A DNA stretch of 63,918 nt, filler included, from Octopus bimaculoides (taxonomy: Eukaryota), in assembly GCF_001194135.2 (NCBI RefSeq). It is 7 parts of 7 records of this genome, joined end to end, with 100 filler letters (N's around TTAATTAATTAA, not from the genome) between each part and the next. Parts side by side here need not be neighbours in the genome. Positions count along the whole stretch, not along the records: positions 1 to 15,979 come from NC_068989.1; positions 16,080 to 25,810 come from NC_068981.1; 5 more parts are not named here. One strand, given 5' to 3'. Shown here one piece after another: positions 11,516-23,050 of the stretch. The notes under the pieces are model-generated. The model did no database searches, had not been told where the DNA came from, and was given only the letters and a program-made list of their open reading frames with translations. The translations under genes and the position numbers were made by a program. The number at the start of each line of letters is the position of its first letter. Position 1 is the first letter of the stretch.

Positions 11516-11985
11516 GCCAAAGATTACCGTGAATTTTTTTTAGAGACACTTTCAAATTTATCAGAATATCGGACTGATGATTTGGAATAGGGATTTTTCA
11601 TTCTCTTAACCGTGAAACGATCGTATCCGATTAACTAAAGACTTGTTTTGTTTATGCTTTCCCCTCCGGTTTTTTGTTCTATGTGTGCCATAAATATCGC
11701 CATCCATTTGGAGAAAAATTTGTAGTTTAGAATCAGTAGTTCTTTGACTGCTATTTCTAAATTTTCAGTATGTTGGAGAAGCAACTCAATGCTAATCCCT
11801 GTATATTTATGATGATAAATGGTTTTACCGATAAAGGTTTTTTCATACTGAACTACTTGGCAAAATTGTTAATTATTAATTCTATTATTAATTGACGATT
11901 CCCAGCCCTTATTCTTNNNNNNNNNNNNNNNNNNNNNNNNNNNNNNNNNNNNNNNNNNNNNNNNNNNNNNNNNNNNNNNNNNNNN

Positions 11986-12009
<24 letters not shown>

Positions 12010-12049
<40 letters not shown>

Positions 12050-12262
12050 CGTTTGTGTCTCTGTGTTTGTCCCTCCAAACATCACTTGACAACAGATGCT
12101 GGTATGTTTACGTCCCCGTAACTTAGCGGTTCGGCAAAGAGACCGAAAGAATAAGTAGTAGGCTTACAAAGAATATGTCCTGGGATCGACTTGTTCGACT
12201 AAAGGTGGTGCTCCACCATGGCCGTAGTCAGCTGACTGAAACAAGTAAAAGAATAAAAGAAT
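12010..12262 (+). mobile_element. SINE-A 3' half
   Basis: CATCACTTGACAAC..CCCCGTAACTTAGCGGTTCGGCAAA..GACTGAAACAAGTAAAAGAATAAAAGAA. Confidence 0.9.
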
Positions 12263-12738
12263 ATAATGTTTCCTATTCTTAGAGAGGAAGGCTAGTCTTT
12301 TGGACTGATTTGCTCTATGATGTAAGCGGGAATGGGATCAACAAGAAATATAATCAATGATTGTGACAACTAGCGTCTGGAAGCGGTTTTGAGGGTTTTA
12401 GATGCATCTTGTTCAAGACGAGTGAAGGTAAGATGCATAATTGTTTTTTGATGAGTAGTAACCGAAATTTTGTGACGCTGAAAGAAACTACATTGACAGG
12501 CTTCCACTGGAAGACTTCGAATACAAGCCATTTCGATCGGAACTGATTTGGATTAATAAATAAATGACTAAAACCGGCGACAACTTTGTAAAATATCATA
12601 GGCCATAAGAAGCACGTATGAACTTAGGTTCATCTGTAGTTAAGTAGTGTATGAGTCAAAGAGTAAGATTTAAGGTGAGAGAAACGCTTGCACATGCATA
12701 AATATGTGTGTGACGCGGTGATTGTGTGTGATTGTGAT

Positions 12739-12777
<39 letters not shown>

Positions 12778-13228
12778 NNNNNNNNNNGGGGTCTGTGCGT
12801 GTGTATGCACGTGTAGAAGTTCTACTGAATTAGAATTCATCACGTACAGCTATATTTGGTGAAGCGCCAAAGATAGCTAATATGATTCCAGATGATATTG
12901 CTATAACTTAACATATATCTCTTGATAGAGAAAGGAGGAAATGTTTAAAAATTATTTGGCAGAGCCAACTAATAGTTGGAAATTAAAGGAATTAAATGGT
13001 TTCAGCTTATAGCAATATGAAAATTTCGATTTTTTCTATTAATTTGTAAGTTTATTGATCTATATGCTATGGGAAGTTGGGGAAATCATGAATTGTAACT
13101 AAGCATGAACGGTCGAGTAGTCCTCTACTTGTTTGATCGACCTGCAAGACATAAGAGACAAATGACAAATATCTCCAAGACCATTCCTTACCAATTTAAA
13201 AAGGGCATTGATAGCAACATCGACAAAA

Positions 13229-13447
13229 GCAACAACAATAATAATGGTCTCAAATTTTTGCACAAGGCCAGCATTTCCGGGGGTAGAGTAAGTCGATTAC
13301 ATAGACTTCAGTGCTGTATTGGTACTTCTTTCATCGACCCCGAAAGGATGAAAGCAAAGTGAGCATTGGAGGAAATTGAACTCAGAACGTAAAACCGGAA
13401 GAAATACCTCTAAGCATCTTGTTCGGGATGCTAGCTCGTCACCTTAA
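13229..13447 (-). mobile_element. SINE-B
   Basis: rc GGTGACGAGCTAGC..TTCTGAGTTCAATTTCC..TTTCATCCTTTCGGGGTCGATGAAAGAAGTACC; (ATT)n tail. Confidence 0.8.
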
Positions 13448-13458
13448 TAATAATAACA

Positions 13459-13503
<45 letters not shown>

Positions 13504-13789
13504 GCTGCTGAAATCATTGAAACGATGACATGGTCACCTAACATCTCCCCACCCAAATGAGCTTTTTCTAGTACTTTCTATGTTTGCTAAACCGTAGGTG
13601 GTTATGTTTATAGACTTTATATCTGAAATACGATGTGACATGCCATAGATAAATTATTTGATCATAAGTACAATGGAGTGTTTATAGATAGAATATTATA
13701 GCTTCTTAAAATTGTGAGATGTTGTTTATAAATTACGATATTGTAGCTATGATAGTTAGTCCCAACTTTCCGAAGATACTCTTAAAAAT

Positions 13790-13960
13790 CCCCTCCCGTC
13801 CGCCCCTAATCGACTGCCAGCTCTGTCAACTAGCAGTCCAATCAAACAACCTGTATTAGTAGACACAAGCCCGCTTGTCCAGTTAACGCCGCAGCATCAG
13901 CAGCAGCTAAACCAATAGTCGTAAATCTGCCGTCATTTGTTGTTTAAAGAAATCAGGTAT
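13790..13960 (+). promoter_or_regulatory. Possible Pol II promoter-like patch
   Basis: Unique CpG-containing sequence with CCGCCC (13800-13805), CCAAT (13838, 13912) and CAG/GTATTT (13954). Motifs are short and common. Confidence 0.25.
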
Positions 13961-13982
13961 TTTGCCCGTATCAACGTACTGA

Positions 13983-14092
13983 GCTCAAATTCCGCCGGGG
14001 TCGACTTTGCTTTTCATCCTTTCGGGGTCGATAAAATAAGTACCGGTTGAACACTGGGATCGATGTAATCGACTCACCCCCACCTCTCCCAA
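13983..14092 (+). mobile_element. SINE-B central fragment
   Basis: CTCAAATTCCGCCGGGGTCGACTTTGCTTTTCATCCTTTCGGGGTCGATAAAATAAGTACC. Confidence 0.85.
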
Positions 14093-14693
14093 GCTGTTTA
14101 GTGTTATGCTGAGGTGGGCTCTGCATCCCTCTGATAATATATCCAGAAAGATTTCAAGGTAAAGCAACAAAAATCAACAAAAAATAATAGGGGGTGCATT
14201 GAATTTTACGCTGAAAGAAGAAGGAGGAAAATATTAGATGCATATGTGCATATATAAAAATATACACACACATACAAACATATAGGTTGATAACTTAAAA
14301 TTTTCGAAAAAAAACCCAGATATAGTATATTACGGGAATTATTGTGATGTGAAAATAGCTCTGAAGGCATGTATGGAGAACAGAAAGAAGATCAGACTTC
14401 TCCAGAGTTAATGTAAACTAATTTCGTAATATGTTAAAGACTACGTATGAATTTTTAGAGATCTAGATATAAGAAGAAAGATGTTGATTCAGGTACCTGA
14501 AAATGTAATTGAAAATGTCGATGAAATCTTCTTTGGAAATATTGGTAGTGAGACGAATATAAGCTAAAGAAGAATTAGTGTTCGCAATAGCTCAGTATGT
14601 TACTTCTCTGGCAAGATAATTACATTGCGAATGATACACACACACAAACAGACACAGACACACACACAAACACAAAATGTATGTGTATACGCG

Positions 14694-14731
<38 letters not shown>

Positions 14732-14965
14732 CAAAAGGTTATCAATTTACACATCCAATTTCATCAGGATGTGCTACATGAGAACGCCGTAGGCAATGAT
14801 AATCGTTCTGAGAAATCATCTCGTATAAATGTTAGCACCAAACATCCATGCAAGTTGATTTCTCAGGACGATTTCCGTAGTCTACGTGTACTTAAGAACA
14901 CATTCTAGTTAAGCTGGATGTGCAAATGAATATATATATATGTGTGTGTGTGTGTNNNNNNNNNN

Positions 14966-15008
<43 letters not shown>

Positions 15009-15051
15009 ATTGCATATGTGCGTGTGCGCGAGCGTGTGCGAGTGTGTGTTT

Positions 15052-15275
15052 GAGGAGGCGCATCGCTTAGTGGTTAGGTTGTTGGATTCATAAACGTAAG
15101 ATTGTGGTTTCGATTCTTGGAGCGGATGATGCATTGCGTTCTTGAGCAAAACACTTCCTTTCACGTTACTCCGGTCCACTCAGCTGGTAAAAATGAGTAA
15201 TCCTGCAACAGACCAGCGTCTCATCCAGGGAGGAATATATAAGCCAGAGAAAATGAGAAACCAGCCCTATGATCC
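15052..15275 (+). mobile_element. SINE-E with tRNA-like head
   Basis: A box TCGCTTAGTGG, B box GGTTTCGATTCT, then core shared with 1299-1459. Confidence 0.75.
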
Positions 15276-15307
15276 TTATAGGGTAATGTGGGCCAATTAT
15301 ATGTATG

Positions 15308-15339
<32 letters not shown>

Positions 15340-15542
15340 AGATCTAGGGATCGAGGTGTAGGAAGAAAGTTAGTTTCGAGCAATCCGTAGTGAATATAAA
15401 AAAACAATTTTCAGGGACCGTAGTGATTTATTGAGACGGAAGGTTGTTGATTTTTTTCGTATCGAAGAACGTTAAGCTGAAAAAAGTTCTTTTTATATTC
15501 CACGGTAGGCGATTGGGGTTGCCGGGTGTGTCAATAACAATA

Positions 15543-15896
15543 CAAGAGTTACGGAATGGAGTAGGGAAGATCCGAGCTACATATATTTCATAGCAAGAGG
15601 AACCTCAGAAGTGGTAGAATCCAAGTGAGGTGTATACCACCGGCTACTCTTCAGGCCAAGAATATCTTGATTAGCTTAAAGCTTATATTGCTGCAAGGAG
15701 GTACATGTTGATGCAAGGAAGATTCAGTCAGTATGTACCTACTTGCGAACATGTAGCCTTTAATCTAATCAAGATACCTTTGGCCTGAAGAGTAGCTGGT
15801 GGTATACACCTCACTTGGAGTTTACCACTTCTGAGGTTCCGCTTGCTGTGAAACATATGAAGCCCGGATCTTTCCTACTCCATTCTGTAACCCTTA
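15543..15896. mobile_element. Fold-back (near-palindromic) MITE with TA flanks
   Basis: Arms 15543-15711 and 15728-15896 are imperfect inverse copies around a 16-nt loop; TA at 15541-15542 and 15897-15898. Confidence 0.85.
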
Positions 15897-15926
15897 TATA
15901 TATATGTATATATGTATATATATATG

Positions 15927-15961
<35 letters not shown>

Positions 15962-15979
15962 GTATGTATATATATATAT

Positions 15980-16079
15980 NNNNNNNNNNNNNNNNNNNNN
16001 NNNNNNNNNNNNNNNNNNNNNNNTTAATTAATTAANNNNNNNNNNNNNNNNNNNNNNNNNNNNNNNNNNNNNNNNNNNN
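15980..16079. other. Assembly spacer 44N-TTAATTAATTAA-44N
   Basis: Linker 16024-16035; stops in all six frames. Confidence 0.97.
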
Positions 16080-16141
16080 ATAGATAGATAGGCAGACAGA
16101 CAGACAGACAGACAGACACCCAGACAGACACCCAGACAGAC

Positions 16142-16214
<73 letters not shown>

Positions 16215-16715
16215 TCGATTAGATAATTAGGATAGTTATTGTTAACAACGAATCTTTTTTTTTTTTATTACTTCAACTTGGTGAATTTTCGCTGAATGAG
16301 CAAAAAGCAGAACAGCATTAAATATTGTTCTGATTGGAGCAGATATTAATTCTAAGCGAGATTTCATTAAATTTTTATTACACAAAAGATGGAAGAAACC
16401 AAAGAAAAGAAAATTTATATTCATATCCGTAATGAGAGTCTGTTGAGGTTATTGGCGTCCCTGTTGTTATTGTTGCTATTATCATTACGATTATTGTATT
16501 ATCATCCTTGTTGTTGTTGTTGTTGTGCGAAAATCTCAAAAAAAACCAGCATTCTACTTTTCGTTAATTTCATTAAATTTACTTGAAATTTTCGGTGAAA
16601 TCAAACGCGTCATCAGAATACCCTAAGTTTTGGATGCATAACATTTAGCTATATGTTTAAGAAGTTTGTTTCGAAACAACGTGTTTGCATGTTCAATCTT
16701 ACTCTGTGGCAACTT

Positions 16716-17100
16716 TGTTGGCACTATGTCGCTTACGACGTCTAGGGTTCCAGTTGATCCGATCAACGGAACAGCCTGCTCGTGAAATTAACGTGCAAGT
16801 GGCTGAGCACTCCACAGACACGTGTACACTTAACGTAGTTCTCGGAGGATATTCAGCGTGATACAGTGTGACAAGGCTGGCCCCTTTGAATTACAGGCAC
16901 AACAGAAACAGGAAGTAAGAGTGAGAGAAAGTTGTGGTGGAAGAGTACAGCAGGGTTCACCACCATTCCTTGGCGGAGCCTCGTGGAGCTTTAGGTGTTT
17001 TCGCTCAATAAACACTCACAACGCCCGGTCTGGGAATCGAAACCGCGATCCTATGACCGCGAGTCCGCTGCCCTAACCACTGGGCCATTGCGCCTCCACT
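16716..17100 (-). mobile_element. SINE-C, full length
   Basis: rc head AGTGGAGGCGCAATGGCCCAGTGGTTAGGGCAGCGGACTCGCGG..GGTTTCGATTCC; ends GTCGTAAGCGAC..GTGCCAACAA. Confidence 0.9.
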
Positions 17101-17129
17101 GTGTGTCNNNNNNNNNNNNNNNNNNNNNN

Positions 17130-17511
17130 ATGTCGCTTACGACGTCTAGGGTTCCAGTTGATCCGATCAACGGAACAGCCTGCTCGTGAAATTAACGTGC
17201 AAGTGGCTGAGCACTCCACAGACACGTGTACACTTAACGTAGTTCTCGGAGGATATTCAGCGTGATACAGTGTGACAAGGCTGGCCCCTTTGAATTACAG
17301 GCACAACAGAAACAGGAAGTAAGAGTGAGAGAAAGTTGTGGTGGAAGAGTACAGCAGGGTTCACCACCATTCCTTGGCGGAGCCTCGTGGAGCTTTAGGT
17401 GTTTTCGCTCAATAAACACTCACAACGCCCGGTCTGGGAATCGAAACCGCGATCCTATGACCGCGAGTCCGCTGCCCTAACCACTGGGCCATTGCGCCTC
17501 CACTGTGTGTC
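17130..17511 (-). mobile_element. Second copy of 16726-17107 (SINE-C plus flank), probable assembly duplication
   Basis: Same 382-bp length, no differences seen by eye, including flank GTGTGTC, across a 22-N gap. Confidence 0.85.
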
Positions 17512-17752
17512 ACTTTAGGCAAGTCTTTTCTACCATTCATAGCATTGGATCGCTCAAAGCATTATGAGCGAAATTTGTTGGACAGAAACTGCATGGAAAT
17601 CCGGAAAAGGGACTGGTACCTTTCCTATCTGGAAATGGTAAGCTTAATCAGTTGGCCGGTTTAATATTACCGCTTAACCCTTGGGCGCTTAGGGTAGAGG
17701 CTTTTCTTTTGCGAGAACACTAACCTCGGCTACTGCTGTTATCAGTATTCAC

Positions 17753-17930
17753 TGCCTCCAATAATTTTATGTAGTCGAATGAATCCACCCCAGTACATAT
17801 TTATTTTAAAGCCTGATACTTATTCTATCGATATTTGATGCCGAACCGCTAAGTTACAGGAACGTAAACACACCAATATCTGTTGTTAAAAGGTCGTGGA
17901 GAACAAAAACAAAGACACACACACACACAC
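17753..17930 (-). mobile_element. SINE-A 3' portion
   Basis: TACTTATTCTATCG..GCCGAACCGCTAAGTTAC..AAAGACACAC. Confidence 0.75.
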
Positions 17931-17940
17931 NNNNNNNNNN

Positions 17941-18230
17941 AAGTCCATTGATATAACAGGTTAGCTTGGGAGGTTAAGCAGTTGTGGTCGATGAAAACGG
18001 TGGTAGTAGTACCAAAAATTGTCGGAGCCGTGGGAACAGTGAGTAAAAATCTTGAGAATTACATGGAACAGATAGGGGCTGCAATAAGGGTGGAGCACTT
18101 GCATAGAACAGTACTGCTTGAAACCGCTCGAATACTCCAGATGGTGCTCGAAAAATAAGAGGTGTTATCTTAGTTCACTGGCATCGTAGTACAACTCCAG
18201 CGTTAGAAGCTGTGCAAAAATAATAAATAA
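17941..18230 (+). mobile_element. 3' end of an R4/Dong-like RLE LINE
   Basis: LAWEVKQLWSMKTVVVVPKIVGAVGTVSKNLE..HRTVLLETARILQMVLEK* (stop 18156-18158), then short UTR and AAT-like tail. Confidence 0.8.
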
Positions 18231-18430
18231 TAGTTTCAAATTTTTCCACAAGGGAAGCAGTTTTGGGGGAGGGGATAAATCAATTACATCAACTCAGTAT
18301 TCAACTAGAACTTATTTTATCGACTCCGAAAGACGACCTCGGCAGAATTTGAACTCAGAACATATGGACGGACGAAATGCCGCTAAGCATTTTGCTCGGC
18401 ATGCTAACGATTCCGCCAGCTCACCGCCTT
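18230..18430 (-). mobile_element. SINE-B
   Basis: rc AAGGCGGTGAGCTGGCGGAATCGTTAGCATGCCGAGC..TTCTGAGTTCAAATTCTGCCGAGGTCG. Confidence 0.85.
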
Positions 18431-18432
18431 CC

Positions 18433-18433
<1 letters not shown>

Positions 18434-18473
<40 letters not shown>

Positions 18474-18508
18474 TAATAATAATAATAATAATAACAACAA
18501 CAACGACA

Positions 18509-18569
<61 letters not shown>

Positions 18570-18622
18570 TGATGATGATGATGATGATGAGGATGAGGAT
18601 GATGATGATGATGATGATGATT
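18434..18622. repeat. (AAT)n/(AAC)n/(GAT)n triplet array
   Basis: Read directly. Confidence 0.95.
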
Positions 18623-19070
18623 GCAACAACAAACTACAACAAGAAATAACAATGAAATAAGTTAGAAATTCAATTATTCAATGAACAGCATTTAAGATTC
18701 ACCGGAAGTGAAACGCTTATCGAGAATTCGGAGAACTTATTTTTTTCTCGTCATGTCTGACTCAGACAAAATGTCAACAATAAAATTGATGAAGTTTAAA
18801 TAAAAATGAACAAAAGTGAAAATCATAAATAACAGTGATTTAGGGAGAAGGAAGGGATGAATGTAAGAAAGAAAGAAAGAAAGAAAGAAAGGTTAGGAAG
18901 ATAGAAAAGAAAGAAAAAAATGAATGATAAAGAAAGAGGGAATGAGAAAAAACACTAAACAAAAATGAAGAATGAGATGAAAATAAATAGATGAAAGAAA
19001 CCAAAGAAAATGAGTAAATGAATAAAAGAAAAAAGAAAAGGGAGAAAGAACAAATGAATTAATAAATTCT

Positions 19071-19129
<59 letters not shown>

Positions 19130-19725
19130 AGGAAGGAAGGAAGGAAGGANNNNNNNNNNNNNNNNNNNNNNNNNNNNNNNNNNNNNNNNNNNNNNNNNNN
19201 NNNNNNNNNNNNNNNNNNNNNNNNNNNNNNNNNNNNNNNNNNNNNNNNNNNNNNNNNNNNNNNNNNNNNNNNNNNNNNNNNNNNNNNNNNNNNNNNNNNN
19301 NNNNNNNNNNNNNNNNNNNNNNNNNNNNNNNNNNNNNNNNNNNNNNNNNNNNNNNNNNNNNNNNNNNNNNNNNNNNNNNNNNNNNNNNNNNNNNNNNNNN
19401 NNNNNNNNNNNNNNNNNNNNNNNNNNNNNNNNNNNNNNNNNNNNNNNNNNNNNNNNNNNNNNNNNNNNNNNNNNNNNNNNNNNNNNNNNNNNNNNNNNNN
19501 NNNNNNNNNNNNNNNNNNNNNNNNNNNNNNNNNNNNNNNNNNNNNNNNNNNNNNNNNNNNNNNNNNNNNNNNNNNNNNNNNNNNNNNNNNNNNNNNNNNN
19601 NNNNNNNNNNNNNNNNNNNNNNNNNNNNNNNNNNNNNNNNNNNNNNNNNNNNNNNNNNNNNNNNNNNNNNNNNNNNNNNNNNNNNNNNNNNNNNNNGAGA
19701 AAGAACAAATGAATTAATAAATTCT

Positions 19726-19783
<58 letters not shown>

Positions 19784-20940
19784 GAAGAAAGAAAAAAGAG
19801 ACTGATTCTTCAATATCTTTCCAGATAGATATAGAATCTAAGATAGATAGATAAGCAGGCAGGGAGGTAGCCTGACAAAGCAGACCGACAGACAGATAGA
19901 TAGATATTAAAACCGAGATAGATAAACGGACAGAGAGAGAGACATGGACTTTTCTATTGATAGTTTAATTGATTAATTGAAGGAATGTGCGTGCATATGT
20001 ATATGCGTGTTTGCTCGTGTACAAATATGTACACAAGTGTATGTGTGTGCGCGCGTACGCGTGTAATTCTGCAGTTCACAGTATAAGTGCAAGGAATGAC
20101 TCATGTATTTCAAGTTCATAATCGTGCATTTGATGGTGAACTTTAAAGCTCTTAAATTCTCCCAGCCTCAATTAAGTAAGCAGTAATGGAATAATACTAA
20201 AATTTCCAGATAATGCACTTTATGTATCTAAAATACTTATTTTTAAAAATATTTTTAATATTTCAAATAAATCGCCGAAGGATAGAACACCGTTTATTGT
20301 TTTAATCCAGTTGTGATAATTGTGGTAGAAAATAAAAATAAAATAAAATCACAAAATGTATGCATTCTTACATTTTCGCATTCTTCATTTAAAACTTTCA
20401 GATAATAAATATATATGTCTATATATATAAATATGTATGTCTATTTGTGTGTGTGTTATATGATGTATAATGTTTCGAGGAAGTGTCGTAGGAGGAATAA
20501 CACTACTCTAAATATACGTTTGGTGAATTGAAGACTGAGGCGAATGACCTGAAGTTGAAGTACACGTAATATGCTATGCTGCTGATACATGCAATATAAA
20601 CCGCAGAGGGATAAATACCAAACGGTATCCAATAAGGATGTGAACTCAGGCGTAAAGAAGAAATTCTATTATTTCTGATGCTGGTGTCGTTCTCTTTTAC
20701 TGTTATTATCTTTTATATTTATTTACTTATTCTTTATTTTTGGGGTTTAAACTTTTTAGTTAATGATATAGAAATGAATACGTTTCTGTTTCATTTAACT
20801 TGGCTTTATTCTATTATTCTAATGCTAAATGATGAAATATCTGGAATTGGTTTAGTATTTTTTTTTCCTGGCTATGATGAAGCACTACCTTCAATGGATT
20901 TTTCGTAAATTGTCTCGAGCATATTTACGTAATTCGACCT

Positions 20941-21130
20941 CAAGGCAGCGAGCTAGTAAAATCGTTAAAACGACGGGCTTAAATGTTAAGCGGGTTTTTT
21001 ATTTGTCTCCTTTACACTCTGAGATCAAATCCCACCGTGGTTGAAATTACTTTTCAGTCTTTCGAGTTAAATAAAATGCCAGTCATGTACTGAGGGTCGA
21101 CGTAATCGACCAACTCCCAGCCCTTAAAAT
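20941..21130 (+). mobile_element. SINE-B, decayed
   Basis: CAAGGCAGCGAGCTAGTAAAATCGTT..GGGTCGACGTAATCGACC. Confidence 0.7.
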
Positions 21131-21421
21131 GTCTACATTACTTTTAACGTACATAAACATTATTCGACGCGCCATTTTGTACCGCTGCTCGCGCATATGT
21201 ATGTGTGTATTTCCATACGTACAAATGGCTCCCGCAAATTTTACTTACAAGGTACTTATATACCTGAATCTATTGGTAGAAGACACTAGGCGTCAGGCTG
21301 TGAGATCGAAATTATAATTGCGTGGTCGCGAACTGAACCTCTTAACCTCACTGCTACATTGTCAATAAGATTATAATTTTTTGGACTATAGCCTCGTCTT
21401 CAGAAATAAAATTATGTCAAT

Positions 21422-21640
21422 AAGGCGGCGAGCTGGTAGAAACGTTAGCACACCGGGCGAAATGCTTAGCAGTATCTCGTTTGTCTTTACGTTCTGAGTT
21501 CAAATTCCACCGAGGTCGACTTTGCCTCACATCCTTTCGGCGTCGATAAATTAAGTACCAGTTGCGTAGTGGAGTCGATCTAATCGACTGGCCCACTCTC
21601 CAAACATTCCGGCCGCTCTTCCCAGAGTAGAAAAGAATAT
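21422..21640 (+). mobile_element. SINE-B, full length
   Basis: A-box-like TGGTAGAAACG, B box GAGTTCAAATTCC, central GTCGACTTTGCC..CATCCTTTCGG.GTCGATAAATTAAGTACC, end GAGTAGAAAAGA. Confidence 0.9.
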
Positions 21641-21904
21641 GATTCGATTAATTTGATCGCCGAACACATTCAGAAATCTTATCCCTGAATGCGTACATGA
21701 TACCGAGCTGGATTCGAACTGAATATATTATTCTATATGCCAGAACCTCAGATATTTATATACATTATTAGTCTCATGGGGACATTTATAACCCTATTCT
21801 TTTTACTACTTCTAATCATTTGACCCTAGCTATGTTGCAGGGTGGGGGCGATCATCCCCTAAAAGGGGCATAGCCGATTATGCCGATGCCAACGTGGCCC
21901 CTGC

Positions 21905-22055
21905 CTTTATACAGTACTTCGCTAGTACTTTATTTTATCGATCTCGCAGGGATGAAAGGCAAAGTGAAGTTTAGCGGGATTTGAACACAGAGAGTTAAAG
22001 AGCCGTGACTAAATACCCAGAGTTATTTGCTCCGATGCTCTACCGATTCCACTGT
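21905..22055 (-). mobile_element. SINE-B, decayed
   Basis: GTACTTTATTTTATCGATCTCGCAGGGATGAAAGGCAAAG..GGATTTGAAC. Confidence 0.65.
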
Positions 22056-22758
22056 TCACCACTTTTATTTATTTATTTATTGTTTTTTTTGTTTTGTTTT
22101 TTAAACGGTGCAATCTCTTTTATTCTATCCTAAAACATACATCATGTTGCGGTCATTTCTCTAACTTAAACCATTAATAATCATTCATGCAACATTGCCA
22201 ATAAACTGAATTCTCCACGGTGATCAAAGACATTCTTTAATGCCACATTATCGTAGAAAAAGGGTTATTAAAATTTTTCTCAAAGTTCCAGTAACAACTG
22301 CGGTGGCGGGGGTTGAAGAGTCTCTTGTTAAACAAAGAAATACCAATATAAATGAAAATTTATATGAAACTAATTGTTTTAGAAATTTTCAAATATTAAT
22401 TGTTATTTTATATGTATTTTTTATTTGATGTTCATTTTTATTTCTTTTCTTAGAATTCCTTTCAGTCATTTAGTGTTTTATCATTTTTACACTAATATCA
22501 GTACCAACGACCTATATTTCAAAACTGATACGTAGCTGGCAGCGTATTGGCAGAGTCATTCGCGCTGATATCTGCTTTGACTTATAACACTCTGGGTTCG
22601 AATCGAGCTGAGGGCAATATTCGCATTTCCGAATTAAAAAGTACCTCTCAAAGATCCTAGATTGACAAAACTGTAAAATCGTCAGATAGGATGCCTTGCG
22701 GTATTTGTTCCCCCTCTTTGAGAGTTTAAATTTATATATATATATATATATATATATA

Positions 22759-23050
22759 TGAGTGACTGTGTGGTAAGAAGCTTGCTTCTCAATCACATGG
22801 TTCCGGGTTCAGTCCTACTTCGTGGCAAGTTGGGTAAGTGTCTTCTACTATAACCTCGAATCAACCAAATTCTACTATAACCTCGGGTCGACCGAAGCTT
22901 TGTGAATGGATTTGGTAGACGGAAACTGAAAGAAGCCCGTCGTATATATATGTATGTATGTATTTGTGTGCTTGCGTTTGCCACCCACCATCGCTTGAGA
23001 ACCGATGTTGGTGTGTCTACGTCCCCGTAAATTAGCGGTTCGGCAAAGGA
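22759..23050 (+). mobile_element. SINE-A, 3' truncated, with local duplication TTCTACTATAACCTCG
   Basis: GAGTGACTGTGTGGTAAGAAGCTTGC..GGTTCCGGGTTCAGTCC..TTAGCGGTTCGGCAAA. Confidence 0.9.

Noticed and set aside
16580-16620. rc CTGATGA .. GAAA ATTTC
   Set aside because: No credible stem I or II; likely chance in AT-rich DNA.
22270-22360. KIFLKVPVTTA, reminiscent of a hAT C-terminal domain
   Set aside because: Too short; the following ERSFS motif is absent.
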